The translations under genes were made by a program, and so were the position numbers. A DNA stretch of 64,000 bases, taken from assembly GCA_965240325.2 (NCBI GenBank), contig OZ251223.1:558001-622000 (forward strand), in the 5' to 3' direction. Below, piece by piece: positions 1-12,785 of the stretch (positions within the stretch are counted from its first letter, which is position 1; every line of letters starts with the position of its first letter). The stretch comes from Rebecca billardiae RCC1528 (lineage: Eukaryota > Protista > Haptophyta). The notes beneath the pieces are model-generated. The model saw only the letters and a list, made by a program, of their open reading frames with translations. It was not told where the DNA came from and searched no databases.

Positions 1-1659
1 CGCGCGGCGCCACAGCCGCTCAATCGAATCTCGCTGAACCTTCCGGAGACGCCAGCCGATCGGCGAACCGGACTGGGCGAGGTAGTCGTCTGCGCGCGCG
101 AGGGGTCGCGGCGGCGTGGGCCGAGCGCGTGCCGGGCGGGGCGGGTGAGCGCCGGAGCAAGACTGCGCTCGGGCGGCGAGGCGCCTCGCGCCGGCGCGGC
201 GCCCGCGAGGCCGCGCCGCGCGTCGAGCGAGCGCGCGCGCAGCGCGGCAGCATGGGGCGCGCGCGACGCACAGATCTCACGCCGGACGGGCGCCGCGTAC
301 GCCGCGTAGCGCGTGACGACGGTGAGCGGGATGGCGCTGCGCTGGCACGCCTCGTACAGGTACGACGCGGCGCGCATGTCGAATGCCTGCGAGCCGAGTT
401 GTCGCGCAGAGCGCGCGCGGACGCGCCGCGCGGCCGTGCGCACCGCGCGTGCAGTGCGCGCGCACAGCTCAGCACCGCCGGGGATCGGGCGGCGCCCGAG
501 GGCGAGGCAGCAGAGAGCACGCCTGCGCGCGGGCGCGCGCGGGCGCGGGCGCGCGCGGGCGCGGGCGCGCGGGCGAGGCGAGGCGACGCACGTTGTTGTG
601 CGCCGTGTCCGGCACCAGCATCGGCGGGTCGTGCGGGTCGTACGTGGTGGGACTGTCACGGCCGCTCGCGCTCCCGCCCGGCAGCGGCGAGAGGGGCGCC
701 GGCGAGCCGGATGCGGCGCACGGCGTGACGGTGGCGCTCTCGCGGCCGGCGGAGTTGCGCGGGTTGTGCTCGGAGGGGTGGGCGGAGGGGCGGTCGGAGG
801 TCCGACGCGAGCTGTCCGCCATCGACGTCTGCATCACCCCCGCGCCGAACGCCGAGGTGGGCAGCGGGATTCGCCCGCGCGTCGGCGTGGACGCCGGCGT
901 GATCGCAGGCGTCAGCTTCCCCAGCACCTCCTCGCACGCGCTGACCGACTCGAGCGAGACGCCGCCCATCACCACGACGCGCTTGATCCGGTCGATGCAG
1001 AGCACCCCGTTGTCCCGCATGAAGAGCGCCGCGTCCTTGAACGACGAGATGCACAGCAGCGTGATCGACTTGGGCGGCGCGTCGCTCAGCGTGCGGTGCA
1101 GCAGCGCGCGGCCCGGCTCGATGTCGTGCGCGCGCTCCGAGTCGGCGGGCGGCAGGTACGACGCGGTTTCGGAGAAGTGGTCCTTCGCCTTCGGCGCGCC
1201 GCCGTCCGTGCCCGAGCCCACGGGCACGCCCTGCAAGCGCAGCAGGTCGAGCGTGCCGCGCGCGAGCCGCGCGCGCGAGCCGGACGGCTGCAGGTTCGCA
1301 ATCACAGCCTTGACCTCGATGAGCTGCTCGTCGACGAGGAAGCGTGCCATGAGGAGGGCCATCTCGTCGTCGAGGTCCTCGCCAACGTCCGTGATGATCA
1401 CCACGGCCTCGGCCGGCGGGCGCTCCTCCTCCTGCTCCTCGAGCTCGCGCGTGAGCTCGTGGAAGCGCAGGTGGTACGCGCAGAGCGCGCACACGAGCAG
1501 GAGCACGACGCACGCGAGCGCGGTGGCCGCGGCGAACCAGCCGACGCCAGAGATGGGGTCGTCCTCGTCGGTGTCGTCATCATCGTCATCCAACTGCGCC
1601 CACGCGGTGCTCGCGAAGGCGAGCAGCGCGAGGGCGTTAGCTCGTGTGGCGCCCAGCAT
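1..1659 (-). CDS. Signal peptide + TM anchored nucleoside-hydrolase-fold protein, HopQ1/XopQ-like; 3' end lies outside the window. Exons 1659-592, 386-272, 89-<1
   Basis: The N-terminus MLGATRANALALLAFASTAWA is followed by an acidic linker and a TM helix (WFAAATALACVVLLLVCALCAY). Motifs: VVIITDVGEDLDD, RARLARG, VVVMGG. GT-AG introns 591-387 and 271-90 splice in frame to give PDTAHNN/AFDMRAASYLYEACQRSAIPLTVVTRYAAYAAPVRREI/YDYLAQSGSPIGWRLRKVQRDSIERLW. Confidence 0.8.
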
Positions 1660-2049
1660 GGCTGGGCGACGCCTGCTGTGGCAAAACCCTTTGACTGGCT
1701 TGGGCCCTGCCGACGGCTCACGTACTATTCGAAAAACTATAATAGTACCATCGCGCGCAATCCCTAATAGACAGTAACGGACTTCACATACGTGGTTTTC
1801 TGTTGCTCCGAATGCTATCATACATTAGGCAAACACGTACCCATGCGGGTATGTAAGTTACGCTCGCCTTTTTTTTAAAAAAAATCTGCACTCTACTAAA
1901 GCGCGACTCGCTCGCTCGGGCAAAAGTGCGCGGTCTGGGACGCGTCTGGGACGGAGGAATTTCAGACTTTTTCGGGACTAAGCACCAGATCGACATCTGC
2001 CGCGTGAGGAATCAGAGCGTGGCCAAAGCGTACCCCTGCACAACCACCT

Positions 2050-2145
2050 TAAAAATTCCCCTACACCACTCCACTGTGGACAGCCCGCCTCCAGAGGGGG
2101 CGGGGGTATGCCATTGCCAACAGCATACAAGCCCAACACTGTGCG
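2050..2145 (-). repeat. Copy of a dispersed structured repeat (putative non-LTR/SINE 3' region)
   Basis: The ~80 bp CACCACTCCACTGTGGACAG...CCCAACACTGTG is nearly identical to ~41249-41328. On the minus strand it ends AGGGGAATTT, like other family members. Confidence 0.75.
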
Positions 2146-2565
2146 GGGTGGTCCCAGGTTGAGGTACAAGCAGTGCACGGCCTTGCAATTCAAGATCATC
2201 GAGTTTGACGGAGCCGAGTCGGCAGAATGAGAAGGGGCACCCCCTACCAGGGTGCCCCAGTGTGGGCAGAGGGCCAGCCACTAGCCGATCCCTGCGCGGG
2301 GAAGGGGACTGAGGGGGTCCACTGTCATCGAGCCCAGTAGCTGCGGGCAGGGGTCTGGGCCACTGGCCCTGGCCGAGCGAGGCGCCTAAGGAGTACTAGG
2401 TATTTCACTCGTGCACGGCTATGGATGAGGCAGAGGCGGGGTCATGTCAGACATGATGATGTGCCTACAAATCCCATTTTGGGCAGGAATTCAAAGAGCC
2501 TGGAAAAGCGCAATAAAATACGCCGACGGCGGCAAATCGCCTCATCATCGTGCGGCGAACGTCCG

Positions 2566-4710
2566 CTACTGGACGTCCTCACTCGCAGCCGCGCTCGCGT
2601 TGCGCGTGCCCGGCACATCGGTCGGCGCTGCGCACGGGCACGCGCGTGCGGGCACGCCGGCCTCGCGGCAGCTGCGCCTCGACGGGAGCGGCCGCCACAG
2701 CACGCGGCCACGCATCTGAGCGTCGGCGCCGGGCGCGGACGAATTTCGGAGCGCCACCGACGCGCGTGCCAGCTGCACGAGCGAGGCGTGCACGTCGTAC
2801 GCGCTGACGAGCCGGCCCTCGTTCGCCCGGAGCGCGGCCAGCGCGCTCCCCGGCGCTCGGCCCTCGCGCGCGTCGAGCGCGGCCAGGAGCCCCGCTGGGA
2901 GCACCGCGCGCAGCAGCGGCCGATCCCGCTCCGCGCGGCCGAGCCTCGACCTGTGCACCCAGCTGCCGTCGTCGCCGCCGTGTGCCGAGAGCAGCAGCAG
3001 CGCCGTGTCGTTTCGCAGGCGCGGGCCGAGCCGCGCGATGAGCGAGGCCAACGCGTCGTCGAGCGTGCCCAGGCGCAGCCTGCGGCGCGCGCGGGCGGGT
3101 GTGTGCGCCAGGCGGTCGTGTCGTCAGCAGCCCGACGCCGGCAGGGGCGGGCACGGCGAGGGCGCGCGCGCGGCGCGCGCGGACGCGCGCACTGGAGTGG
3201 ATCCGCGCCCGTGCGGAGGCTGAGGAGAGAGAGCAGCCGCGCGGCCGAGCCGCCCGAGCCGGCCTCGTGGTACGCCTCCAGCTGCCCCTCGGCGAAGCGC
3301 AGCAGCTCGGTGGCGAGCGGCGCGCGCCGGCGCCACCACGCGCCGTCGCGCGCGGCCGCGGCCGCGCCGGGCGCGGGCGCGCGGGCGCTGTTCACGCACT
3401 GCCGCGTCCACGCGTCGGCGTGCGCGGCGGTCGGCGCGCCCGGCGCGCAGAACGCCGCCCAGCCGTTGTGATCGGGCAGCCCGGCCGCCGCGGCCGTCGG
3501 CTGCTGCAGCCCCCACAGAGCCGCCTCCGCCTCCGCCGCCTCATCTCGCCTCAGCAGCTCCGCCAGGGGCGGGCCGTCAGCCGCGGCCGAGCGCGCCGGC
3601 GGGTCGTCCGCTTCGGTCGAGCGCGCCGCGGCGTCCTCAGCGCCGCCGCGCGGCGGCAGTGGCCATCCCGACGCCTCCGCCTCCTCCGGCGAAGGCTCCC
3701 GCTGCACGTCATCCGCGTCGCCGAACGGATCCTGAAGGAGCGCGCGCGCATGCGCGTGCGCGCGCAGCAGCCGTGGCACCAGCCAACTGAGGGCGTTGCC
3801 ATCGCCACCCGCGCCGCCGGCCGAGGGCGCGCGGCTCGGCATGCCGCGGGCGGGCGCGCCGCGCCACGCGCCGCGCGCCGTCGCGCCTCCTCCAGCTGCG
3901 GGGCCCTCGGGCGGCGCCGGCCAATCGCGCGCCAGCTCGGCCGCGTCCGCTCGGAGCCGAGCGCAGCCGTCACTGATCTCCGCGGTGAATGCCGTTACAT
4001 AGCCATTACGCTTGAACGCCTCCCAGAGCAGAGAGCGCCGCACCGCGCCGCGCCGGAGCTCTCGCGACACGCCCGGCGCGCCCGCGCGCCGGAGCGCTCG
4101 CCGCAGCGCGCGCGCGCCCGCCGCGCTCGAGCGCGCGCGCCACTCGTGCTCGAGCGCGCGCGCCGCCCGCGCCAGCGAGACGCCGGCAAGCAACGGCATC
4201 GTCGCGCGCGCCGGCTCGTGAGACGCGCCGACGAACCCGCCGAATGCGAAGCTCAGTGCCTCGGTGGGCGGACCTGACGCGCCGACATCGGAGGGCACAG
4301 GCGGTGGCACGCCACCGCCCTGCGCTCCGCGCGACGGCGGCTGCAGAGCGCGCAGCGCCGCCGCGGCGCGCGGGCACGCGCGATCAAAGTGCGCCGCGGA
4401 CACGCCTTCAAGTAGCAGCAGGAGTACGTGTGGGCGGAGCGCCGGCGGCGTGGCGGCAGCCGAGGCCAGGCGCGGCGGCACGCGCGCAGCCGCTGTCGCT
4501 TCGGCGCGCGACACGGCGTGAGCGCGCAGCACTGGGCGCATGATGAGCTGTGCCGCGGGCGAGGCCGGCTCCTGCCGAGCAGGCTGCGCCGCCGCGGGCC
4601 CAGCACCCGGCAAAGCTGAGGTGCTGTCGCGCGCCGCGCCGCCCTCCGCCGGTCCGGATCCCAGGCGCTCGGCCTGCCTCGACCGCTCGGCCGTGGTCTC
4701 CGAGTCGGCG

Positions 4711-4743
<33 letters not shown>

Positions 4744-5604
4744 GCGTCCGCGTCGGACACGACGTCGGCCGTCGAGCCGAACGGGCGCCAGGGCAGCGGC
4801 GCAGCGAGGGAGCGCCAGTCGAAGCGCGTCGCCGCGCCACCTGTCTCGTTGCGCGTCGGAGTCGGCATGGCCACTGGCGCCGCGCCCAAGTCCGGAGATG
4901 CTTCTCGGAAGTCCGGAGATGCTTCTCGGAAGTCCGGAGATGCGTCTCGGCTGGCGCCGCCGCGCTCGGCTTCAGCTTGGTCCACTGCTGGCTCGGTCGC
5001 AGGATCGGGCCCACGCGCGGCCGCTGGCCCGGCCTCCGCGGCCGCCGACTCGCCCTCCTGCCTCGGTGCTGCGCCGCGCCGCCCCACGGCACCGCCCTCC
5101 GACGGCTGTGGCCCGGCAGTGCCGACGGTAGGCGCAGCGGCGCGGCGCGCGTCCGCGCCGGCATCGCGCCCTGCCTTCAACTTCAACGCCTGGCGGGTCG
5201 CAGGCTGTGGCAGGGCTGACGCCGCTGCCTCGGGTGCGGCGGCTGCAGGCTGCTCCTCGCCGCCGGTCCCGCCGGCTCGAGCCCCGAGCCGCTCCGGCAC
5301 GTCGCGCTCGGAGCTGCCAGCATGGCTGCCGCTGCCAGCATGGCTGCCGCTGCCAGCATGGCTGCCGCTGCCAGCATGGCTGCCGCTGCCAGCATGGCTG
5401 CCGCTGCCAGCATGGCTGCCGGCCTGCTTCAGCTCCGGGCCCGCAGCGCCACCGCCCTGCTGGCCGCCCTCCCCGCCGAGGCCGGCGTCTGCGCCGCCGC
5501 CCTCGGCGGCAGCGGCGACGGCGGCATCGGCGCTGGCTTCATCGGCACCGCTGCTCCCGTCGCCACCGTTGCCAATCCCGTCGCCCGGATCAGCGCTCTC
5601 GCCA

Positions 5605-5640
<36 letters not shown>

Positions 5641-8633
5641 TCGTCCCCGATGGCAATCTCGGACTTGGAGATCGACCTCGACGCAATCTCAGACTCGGAG
5701 ATCGATCCGGACGCGGCGGGTCCGCGAGCACCGTCAGCTGCGTCCGCCTCGGCGGCAGGCGGCAAGCCTGCGAGCAGCGAGCGGCCGGCATGGCGGACCG
5801 CGCCCCCCCAGAGAGGTGTGCGCGGCTGTGCACGGCGCGCGCGCCGCGCGTCACGCATCGCGTCGGCGCGCGCGCGCGTGCGCGCCTCGCGCCGAGCTGT
5901 TGCGCCGCGCCGCGGCGCGCGAGACCCATCTGCTGTGCTGTTGCCGCGCCCAGCGAGCGCACCGCCCGGCCCGCGCGCGCCGGCGGCCGCCGCCCGCCCC
6001 GCAGCCTCCTGCGCTCGAGGCGGCACCGAGCTCGCTCCAGCGGCCGGCGGGCCAGGGTCGCCCCCGGCCGAGGCGACTGCCGGCGCGCCGGCCGCTTGCC
6101 TGGGGTCGGGCACGGGCAGGGCACTGGGCGCCGCCGAGCGCCGGACGCGGCTTGAGCCGTGCGCACCGTCACCGTCACCGCCACCGCTTTGCGCTGAGCG
6201 CTCGCCGGGCGCGGCGGCGGCCCCGACAGGCTCGGCGCGCACGGCGGCAGTGCCCGGCACTCCCGCGGCGTCGACAGCTGCGGCGCGCGGCGCGGTACGT
6301 GCAGGCTTGCCCTCCTCCGCCTCTGCGCCCGCGCGCGCAGCCTCGCCGCCGCTCGCGGCGGGCGTCGGCACCGCCAGCGCCTCGGATGCGCCACCCGCCG
6401 CCCGACGCGGCGCGGGCGGGGCGTCCCCACGGCTCACTGCTGACTCGGCGGCGGCGGGCGCCGCGTCGTGCGCCGGGGAGGGAGAGTTCGGATCAGTGGC
6501 GTCGACAGCCACCGGCGCGGCAGGTGTGCCAGCCGCCTGCGAGCCGGTGTTGCCCTTGGCGGCGGCGGCGACCGCAGGCACCGCCCGGGCCTCCGCTGCC
6601 GCATTGTCGAGCGCGGCGTCGGCCGCCGTACCCGCCGCGGCCCCGGGCGCGGAGGCAGCAGTTGTAGCAGCGGCGGCGGCGACGACCGCAGGCACCACCT
6701 GGCCCTCCGCTGCCGCGTTGGCGAGCGCGGCGTTGGCCGCCGCACCAGCCTCGGCCCCGGGTGCGGATGTAGCAGCGGCGACGGCGGCCCCGGCGGCGTC
6801 AGCGGTGGCCTCGGGAGCGGCCACCGCCAGTGCAGCAGGCGCAGTGGCAGCAGCACTCGCCGCCGCGTCAGCAGCCGCAGGCTCTCGAACACTGGCAGCG
6901 GGCGCGGCAGCGGGCGCGGCGACAGCCGCGGCATCCGGCACAGCAGAGGCATTCGGCTCGGCGGCGGGAGCGGTGTGAGTTGCCTCCGGCGTGCCAGTAG
7001 AAGCGGCCTCGGGCACAGACGCAAAGGTGGAGGCAGCAGCGGCCTCGGGAGCGGCGAGGGCAGCAGCAGCGGTAGTGCTGTCAGCACCAACAGCAGTCCC
7101 GGCCGCAGGCTCCGACGTAGCCACCGCCGCAGGCATCGCGCCCGTGGGACTTGTTCGCGCGGCGGCGGCGGCGGCGGGGTCAGCGAGCGCGGAAGCGGCG
7201 GCCTCGGCTGTCGCGGTGGCGGCGGCCGCCTCGGGTAGAGAGGCGGCGGGGGGAGTAGCTGCGGCCTCGGGAGCGGCGATGGCAGCGGGAGCAGCAGTGG
7301 CAGCAGTGCCGGTCTCCGGCGTGTCGCTGATGGCACCCGCTGGCGCGACGGTGGCAGCAGCAGCGGCAGCCGTGGCAGCGGCTGGCTCAGCCGAGGTAGC
7401 AGCAGCGGCCTCGGGTGCGGCGGCGGCAGCAGCAGGCGTGGCGAGAGTGGCAGCGGCTGGCTCAGCCGAGGCAGCAGCGACTGCCGCTGCAGGAGCAGCA
7501 GCAGCTGCTGCTGGTGCTGGTGCTGCAGGCTCAGGCACATTGGCAGCGGAGGTGGCAGCGGAGGCGGCAGCGGAGGCGGCAGCGGAGGCGGCAGCGGAGG
7601 CGGCAGCGGAGGCGGCAGCGGCGGCCTCAGGCGCAGGGCCAGCCGCAGTGGCGGGAGCGGTGGCCCCGTCAGCCGCGGTGGCAGCGGCGACCCGAGGCGC
7701 AGCGACTGCGCTGGCCTCGGGCGAGGCCACAGCGGCTGCAGTTGGAACGGCGGGAGTCGCGGCGGCGGCAGCCGCGTCGGCAGCCGCGGCTGAGCCGGCG
7801 GAAGCGGCCTTGGCCGCGGCGGTGGCAGCAGCTACCGGCGTGGCGGGGATGGTTGCGCCGCTGACGCCGCCTGTCACCACAGCCCGCCCAGCCTGTGCGC
7901 CATCCCCAAGCCCAGCCTCAGCTCGATGAAGCCCCGCCGCCTGTGTTCTGTCCTCACCGCGCGCCGAGCCGCTCGCAGGCATGCCCGGCCGCTCCGCATC
8001 GGGCGCGCCCGCCGGCCGCGCCGCCTCCGCACCCGCCGCACTCGTCGGCTGTGCCGCGCCCGCGCCGCCCTCCGCCTCCGCGGCCGACAGGGACCCCGAC
8101 GCCTGCCGCTCAGACGCGGCGGGCGCGGTCGTCTGCTGCTCCCCCGCGCGGCGCGCGGCGCTCGCGCCCCGAGCTCCGCGCGCTGAAACCAGCGCACCGC
8201 CCGGCTCCGCGCCGGCAGCCGAGCGCCGCGCGGCCGCGTCGCGCGCGTCCACGCGCGCACGCGCGGCCGCCACGAGGGCGTCGAGCTCTTCCAAGCCGGG
8301 CCGCGGGTCCGCCGAGCCGAGCGGCGTGCGCGGCTCTGCGCCAGCGCCGCTCGCCTCGCCCTGCTGCTGCTGCTGCTGCGCGCGCGGCGCAGGCGGCTCG
8401 CAGAGAACCTCAAAAGCTTCCATCCCCGCCGGTAGGGGAACGGCGAGCACTCGGCGCGCGCCCTCGCCCTCTCGCGGCGGCGCGTCCGCGGCCGCGTGAG
8501 CTGGCGTGCCAGAGGCGCCCAGAGCGACACTCGCCGCCGCCGCCTCGGCCAGCGCCTCCGCACTGGCCCTCGGGCGCGGCGCGCGGCGCGCGGCTTGCGC
8601 GCCCTCGTCCCCTGCCGCCTCGCGCGGCTGTGC

Positions 8634-8677
<44 letters not shown>

Positions 8678-11600
8678 CGGCCGTCGTCGCGCCCGGCTGG
8701 CCGCGCGCCGCGGCTCCCTGCTCCGCGCCGCCGGCCGCAAGCTCGGCCACGGCCACGAGGGCAAACGCCCCGTGCGCGCCGAACGGCGCGTGGCGCGGCC
8801 GGGCGAGCGGGCTGGCCGCGGCCGTGCCGTGGCGAGTGTCGTACCAATGGACCAACGCCTCGTCTGCGTCCGCCAGCCGCGCCGCCGCGCTCGCGCTGGC
8901 TTCGTCCGCCGCGTCGGCATCGGCATAGCCTCCGTCGCCGTCCGCACGGCTGCCCGCTCCGTCGGCGTCGTCGTCCTCGCCCTCGACGCCGGCGTCGGCT
9001 CGGCGCGCCACGCGCCCGCCGTCCGCGCCGCGCCGCCCACCGTCGCCCGCGTGCACGACGGCCGAAGACGTGAGGATCTCATCAAGCGCGGCGCGCGCGC
9101 GTGCAGCGCTTGGGCTCAGGTCGCTGGCGAGGTCGGTTTGGGCCACGAGCGCCGCGCGCGCCGCGGCGGCCGCGAGGCTCGCCCGCCTGCTCGAAGCGCC
9201 GTCCGCGCCTCCCCGCGTCCCGTCCATCTCGTCGTCGTCCTCCTCCTCGCCCTCCCAGTCGGCGCCGCCCGCGCCCGCCGCGCTGAACATCCCGAAGAGC
9301 CCGGCCTCCTCCGCCTCGAGCGCCGTTCGGCCGTCGCCGCCGTCGGGGCCGAATGCGCCGCCGCCGTCCCGCCAGCTCAGCTCGGCGGACCAGTACCCCG
9401 CCGCCGCCTGCTGCTCCAGCCAGCCGCCGCCGCCGCCGCCGCGTGCGCCGAACGCGTGCGCGAGCAGCGCCGACGCGTCGAGCGCGCCCGTCGAGATCTC
9501 GGCGACGAGATCGCGCTCGTCGGCAGAGCGCACCGCGGCGCGCGGGCATGCGCCCACGTCGATGAGCACCGCGCTCGCGTCCGTCGACAGCCAGGCGAAG
9601 GGCGCCGAGCCCGGCGTGGCCGTCGGCGCGGCCGTGCCGCGGTCGGCATCGGCCGAGGCGGCGGCCACGCGCGCTGCCGGCGGCGCGGCGCGCGCCTGCT
9701 CCGAGCTCGCGGGCTCCGCGCCACCGCGAGAGTCGACCTGCACCGCTGAGCCCTCAGGCCCCGGCGCCAGCGGAGCGGGCTCGTGCGCGGCGCGCGACTC
9801 GCACGGCGGCCCAAGCAGCAGCGCGCGCACGCGCTCGGCCGCCACGCCCAGGTCCTCGTCTGTCTGGCCGCCGCCGACGGCGGTCAGGCGCTGTGCGATG
9901 GCTGGTGGTTCGTCAGGCGGTGCCTGCCCTGCCGCTGTCGTCGGCGCGCGGGTGCCGTCGCCGGCGGCAGCGAGCCAGCCGCCGTCCGCGCGCGCCGGCG
10001 GGCGGGCCGACAGCGGCGCGGCCGGCTCGGCGAGGGCGAGGGCGCGCGCCACGGCGCCGCTCGCGTTCGCCGCGCCGGCCAGCACGGCGCACCTCGCGAT
10101 CTGAGCCGTGCGCGCCGCGTGCGCACTCGGAGCGAGCGCACGGCGAAGCGCGTGGGTGGAGTCGACGGCAAGACTGTCGGCGAGCGCGCCCGAGCGCGCG
10201 GGCGCGTGCACGCCGTGGCGGTCGTCCAGCAGCGCGCTGCGCAGCGCGTCGACGAGCGGGCCCAGCTCGGCACGCCACGGCCCGTCGAGCGCGCGCGCGA
10301 GCGCCGAGATCGCGGCGCCGCGCTCCGGCTGTCCACTGCCGTCCGCGTGCAGAGAAGCCTCGAGCAGCTGCGGCCACGGGAGGACTGGCAGGGTGGCGAG
10401 GCCGTCAGCACCGGCGGCGTTGGCGCACGCGCCGCGGATCGGCGCGCTGGGCCGGCCGAGCGGGACCAGCGCAAAGTGCGCCGACGGCTCCCACGCCCGG
10501 AGCGGCGCGAACGGCCGGCCGTTGCCGTGCGCGCGCACGTCAGGTGTGAGCGAGCGCTCGTCGCCTGCCTCCGCCACCCAGCGCGCGTGCGCGGGGAGCG
10601 CGCCGCGGTAGTTGAGGAAGCTGCCTGCGCCGTGCGCCCACACGCCGTGGCCCAGCTCGGCGGCGCGCGCCCCACCGCCCGCGCCCCGCGCGCCGCCGAA
10701 CGACACCAGCCGGAGCAGGTGGCGGCAGCCCAGCTGGCCGCTATCGTCCAGCCTCACCACGTATTCTGCGGGCGCGCCGCCGCGCCACGGCCGGCGGAGG
10801 CTGAGGAGAAGGAGGCTTGCGCGGCGCTCGCGCTCGTCGCTGCCCTCCGCGTCGTCCGCGGCGGCGTCTGGCTCGGCGGGCGGCGCCGCCCCTCGCGCGT
10901 CGCCCTCGCCCTCGCCCTCCTCCTCCTCGTCGTCGCCCTCGGCCGCGCGCACGAACGCGGCCGCGCGCGCGTGCGCCTCCGCCGTGCCGATCGCAGCAGG
11001 CATCACCTCAACAAACCCGCCTGCTGTGCCGACGTAGTCGCGCGCGTCGGCGTCGTCGGTCGGGCCGAGCACGGCGCGGAGGGCAAACCAGCCCGAGAGC
11101 TCGACGGCGGCGCCCTCGCCGCCGCCGCCGCCCGCGCTGCCGCACTCGGCACCGCCGGAGGCGCTGGCGCTCGAGCTGAGCGCCGCGCGCGCCGCCTCGC
11201 GAGCGCGCTGAGGATCGCTGGCGCTTGAGCTGAGCGCCGCGCGCGCCGCCTCACGAGCGCGCTGCGGATCCAGCAGCCATGGAGGCGCGCTGCCTGCGCG
11301 CTCTGCCGGGCCTGCGCGGAGGCCGCCATCGCAGCTACGCATGAGCGCGTCGGCGACGGAGTCGGGGAGCCCAACCACCTCGAAGGCCGCGCTCGGCGGC
11401 TCCTGCCCCGGCGGCTCCGCCGCCACCAGCCACAGCTCACCCGCCGCCGCGCCCGAGCCGGCCGGAGCCGGCGCCGGGATGACGCGGTGCCCGTTGGCGC
11501 CGCACGCGATCGAGACGGTGTGCCCGTGGAGCGCGCGGACGGCGGCGGCGAGCGATGGCTGCGCCCGCTCGTCGCCCACGCCCTCTTCCCGCGGCTGCGC

Positions 11601-12173
11601 GGGCTGCTCCGCCCGATCCGAGGCGCGCGCCCTGAGCTGAGGCTCAGCGGCAGCGGAGGCGTTGGCAGGCAAGGCGGCGGGCAGGCCCGCCACTGCCCGT
11701 GCGAGCGCGGCGAGTCCCAGCACGGGGCGCAGCCCCGTCGCCTCCGAGGGCTGCTCCTCGCGCGCGGGCTGCGGCGGCTCCCCGTCCTCCGCAGCCGGGA
11801 CAGGCTCCTCAGGCAGGGGTATGCGCACCGCGCCTCTCAGCCCGTCTCCGATCTCCCCCTGCGAGGCGTGACCCAGGGGCTCGTCGGCGCGTGCGGCTGG
11901 CTCGGAGGATTCGACGTGCGATACGCTGGCGCTGCGCCATGCCGCGCGCGCGCCGCCGGCCTCGGCCTCGCGCAATGGTGGATATCGGGGCGCCGATGCG
12001 GCGGGCATCGTCACTTGCCGCTGCCCGACTGCCGGAGACGCCTGCTGGGGAGCTTCACGGAACGCGTAGTGACGCGCGACGTCAATGAGCTGATAGAGCG
12101 CGACGACGAGCGCCAGGCTGACGAGCGTGCGCGGCGCGAGCACCCAGGCTAGCAACGTCCGACGCCTGCGCAT
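2566..12173 (-). CDS. Giant (~3160 aa) Ala-rich type II membrane protein with a C-terminal DUF229/alkaline-phosphatase-superfamily-like domain. Exons 12173-3193, 3079-2566
   Basis: N-terminal basic stretch plus TM (LVSLALVVALYQLI). C-terminal motifs PHVLLLLLEGVS, LWEAFKRNGYVTAFTAE, LRNDTALLLLSAHG, LRANEGRLVSAYDVHASL. GT-AG intron 3192-3080 joins the long ORF to the 2566-3051 frame. Further in-frame introns are possible. Confidence 0.7.
4888..4945. repeat. Coding 21-bp tandem repeat x~3 (REASPDF)
   Basis: AAGTCCGGAGATGCTTCTCGG units are visible in the sequence. Confidence 0.9.
5313..5420. repeat. Coding 18-bp tandem repeat x6 (AGSGSH)
   Basis: Perfect GCTGCCAGCATGGCTGCC units. Confidence 0.95.
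7541..7622. repeat. Coding 12-bp tandem repeat (AAAS)n
   Basis: GGCAGCGGAGGC units. Confidence 0.9.
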
Positions 12174-12346
12174 GGCTGGCGCGGACGTCCCGGCAGCCGG
12201 GACTCACGTGATCGAACGCGATGGCGGCTTGACCAAGAGCGCAAATGTCCGGGGACGCGTGCGGGCGCGCGGCGCCGCCATCGTGAGCGCAGAGACTGCC
12301 GTGATCGATCACTGGCTCGCTGCCCGAGCGCGCGGAGTCACGCGCC

Positions 12347-12785
12347 ATGGGGGCAGCTGACGATGAAGATCCGCCCGAGAAGCAGCCCACGGGCGAGGGC
12401 GGCAAGCAGACCAAGGATCTCGACACTGTGACGGACTATGTCGAGGCTCGTGAGCTGGTGCGCGCGTGGCGATGCTGCTGGGAGTGGCTGCCCGGCTCGC
12501 GCGCTGATGCGCAATCCCTCACCTGTGCGCGCTGCGCCATCGGCTGTCCCACAGGATGCATCCAAGGCGCAGCAGGCGATGGCCATGCTCGCCGACGGCG
12601 ACGCGGGCGAGGAGTCCAAGGCCGACGCGCAGCGCGAGCGCGAGCTTGCGAGCGTCAAGGTGGACAGCGCACACGTCACGGTGCTGATGCAAGAGTACGA
12701 GCTCCCCAAGGAGGACGCCGAGCGCAAGCTGCGCCTGGCCCGCGGCGATCTGGCCGCGGCGCTGACTGCGCTACTCGACGAATAG
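12347..12785 (+). CDS. HYPK: Huntingtin-interacting protein K (NatA regulator, C-terminal UBA-like domain). Exons 12347-12457, 12555-12785
   Basis: The spliced product contains DLDTVTDYVEARELDASKAQQAM...RERELASVKVDSAHVTVLMQEYELPKEDAERKLRLARGDLAAAL, the typical HYPK pattern. GT-AG intron 12458-12554. Confidence 0.9.

Noticed and set aside
2070-2143. Two CACAGTG heptamers as RSS/Transib ends, or the segment as a tRNA
   Set aside because: The heptamers are in the same orientation with no nonamer. There is no T-loop or cloverleaf.
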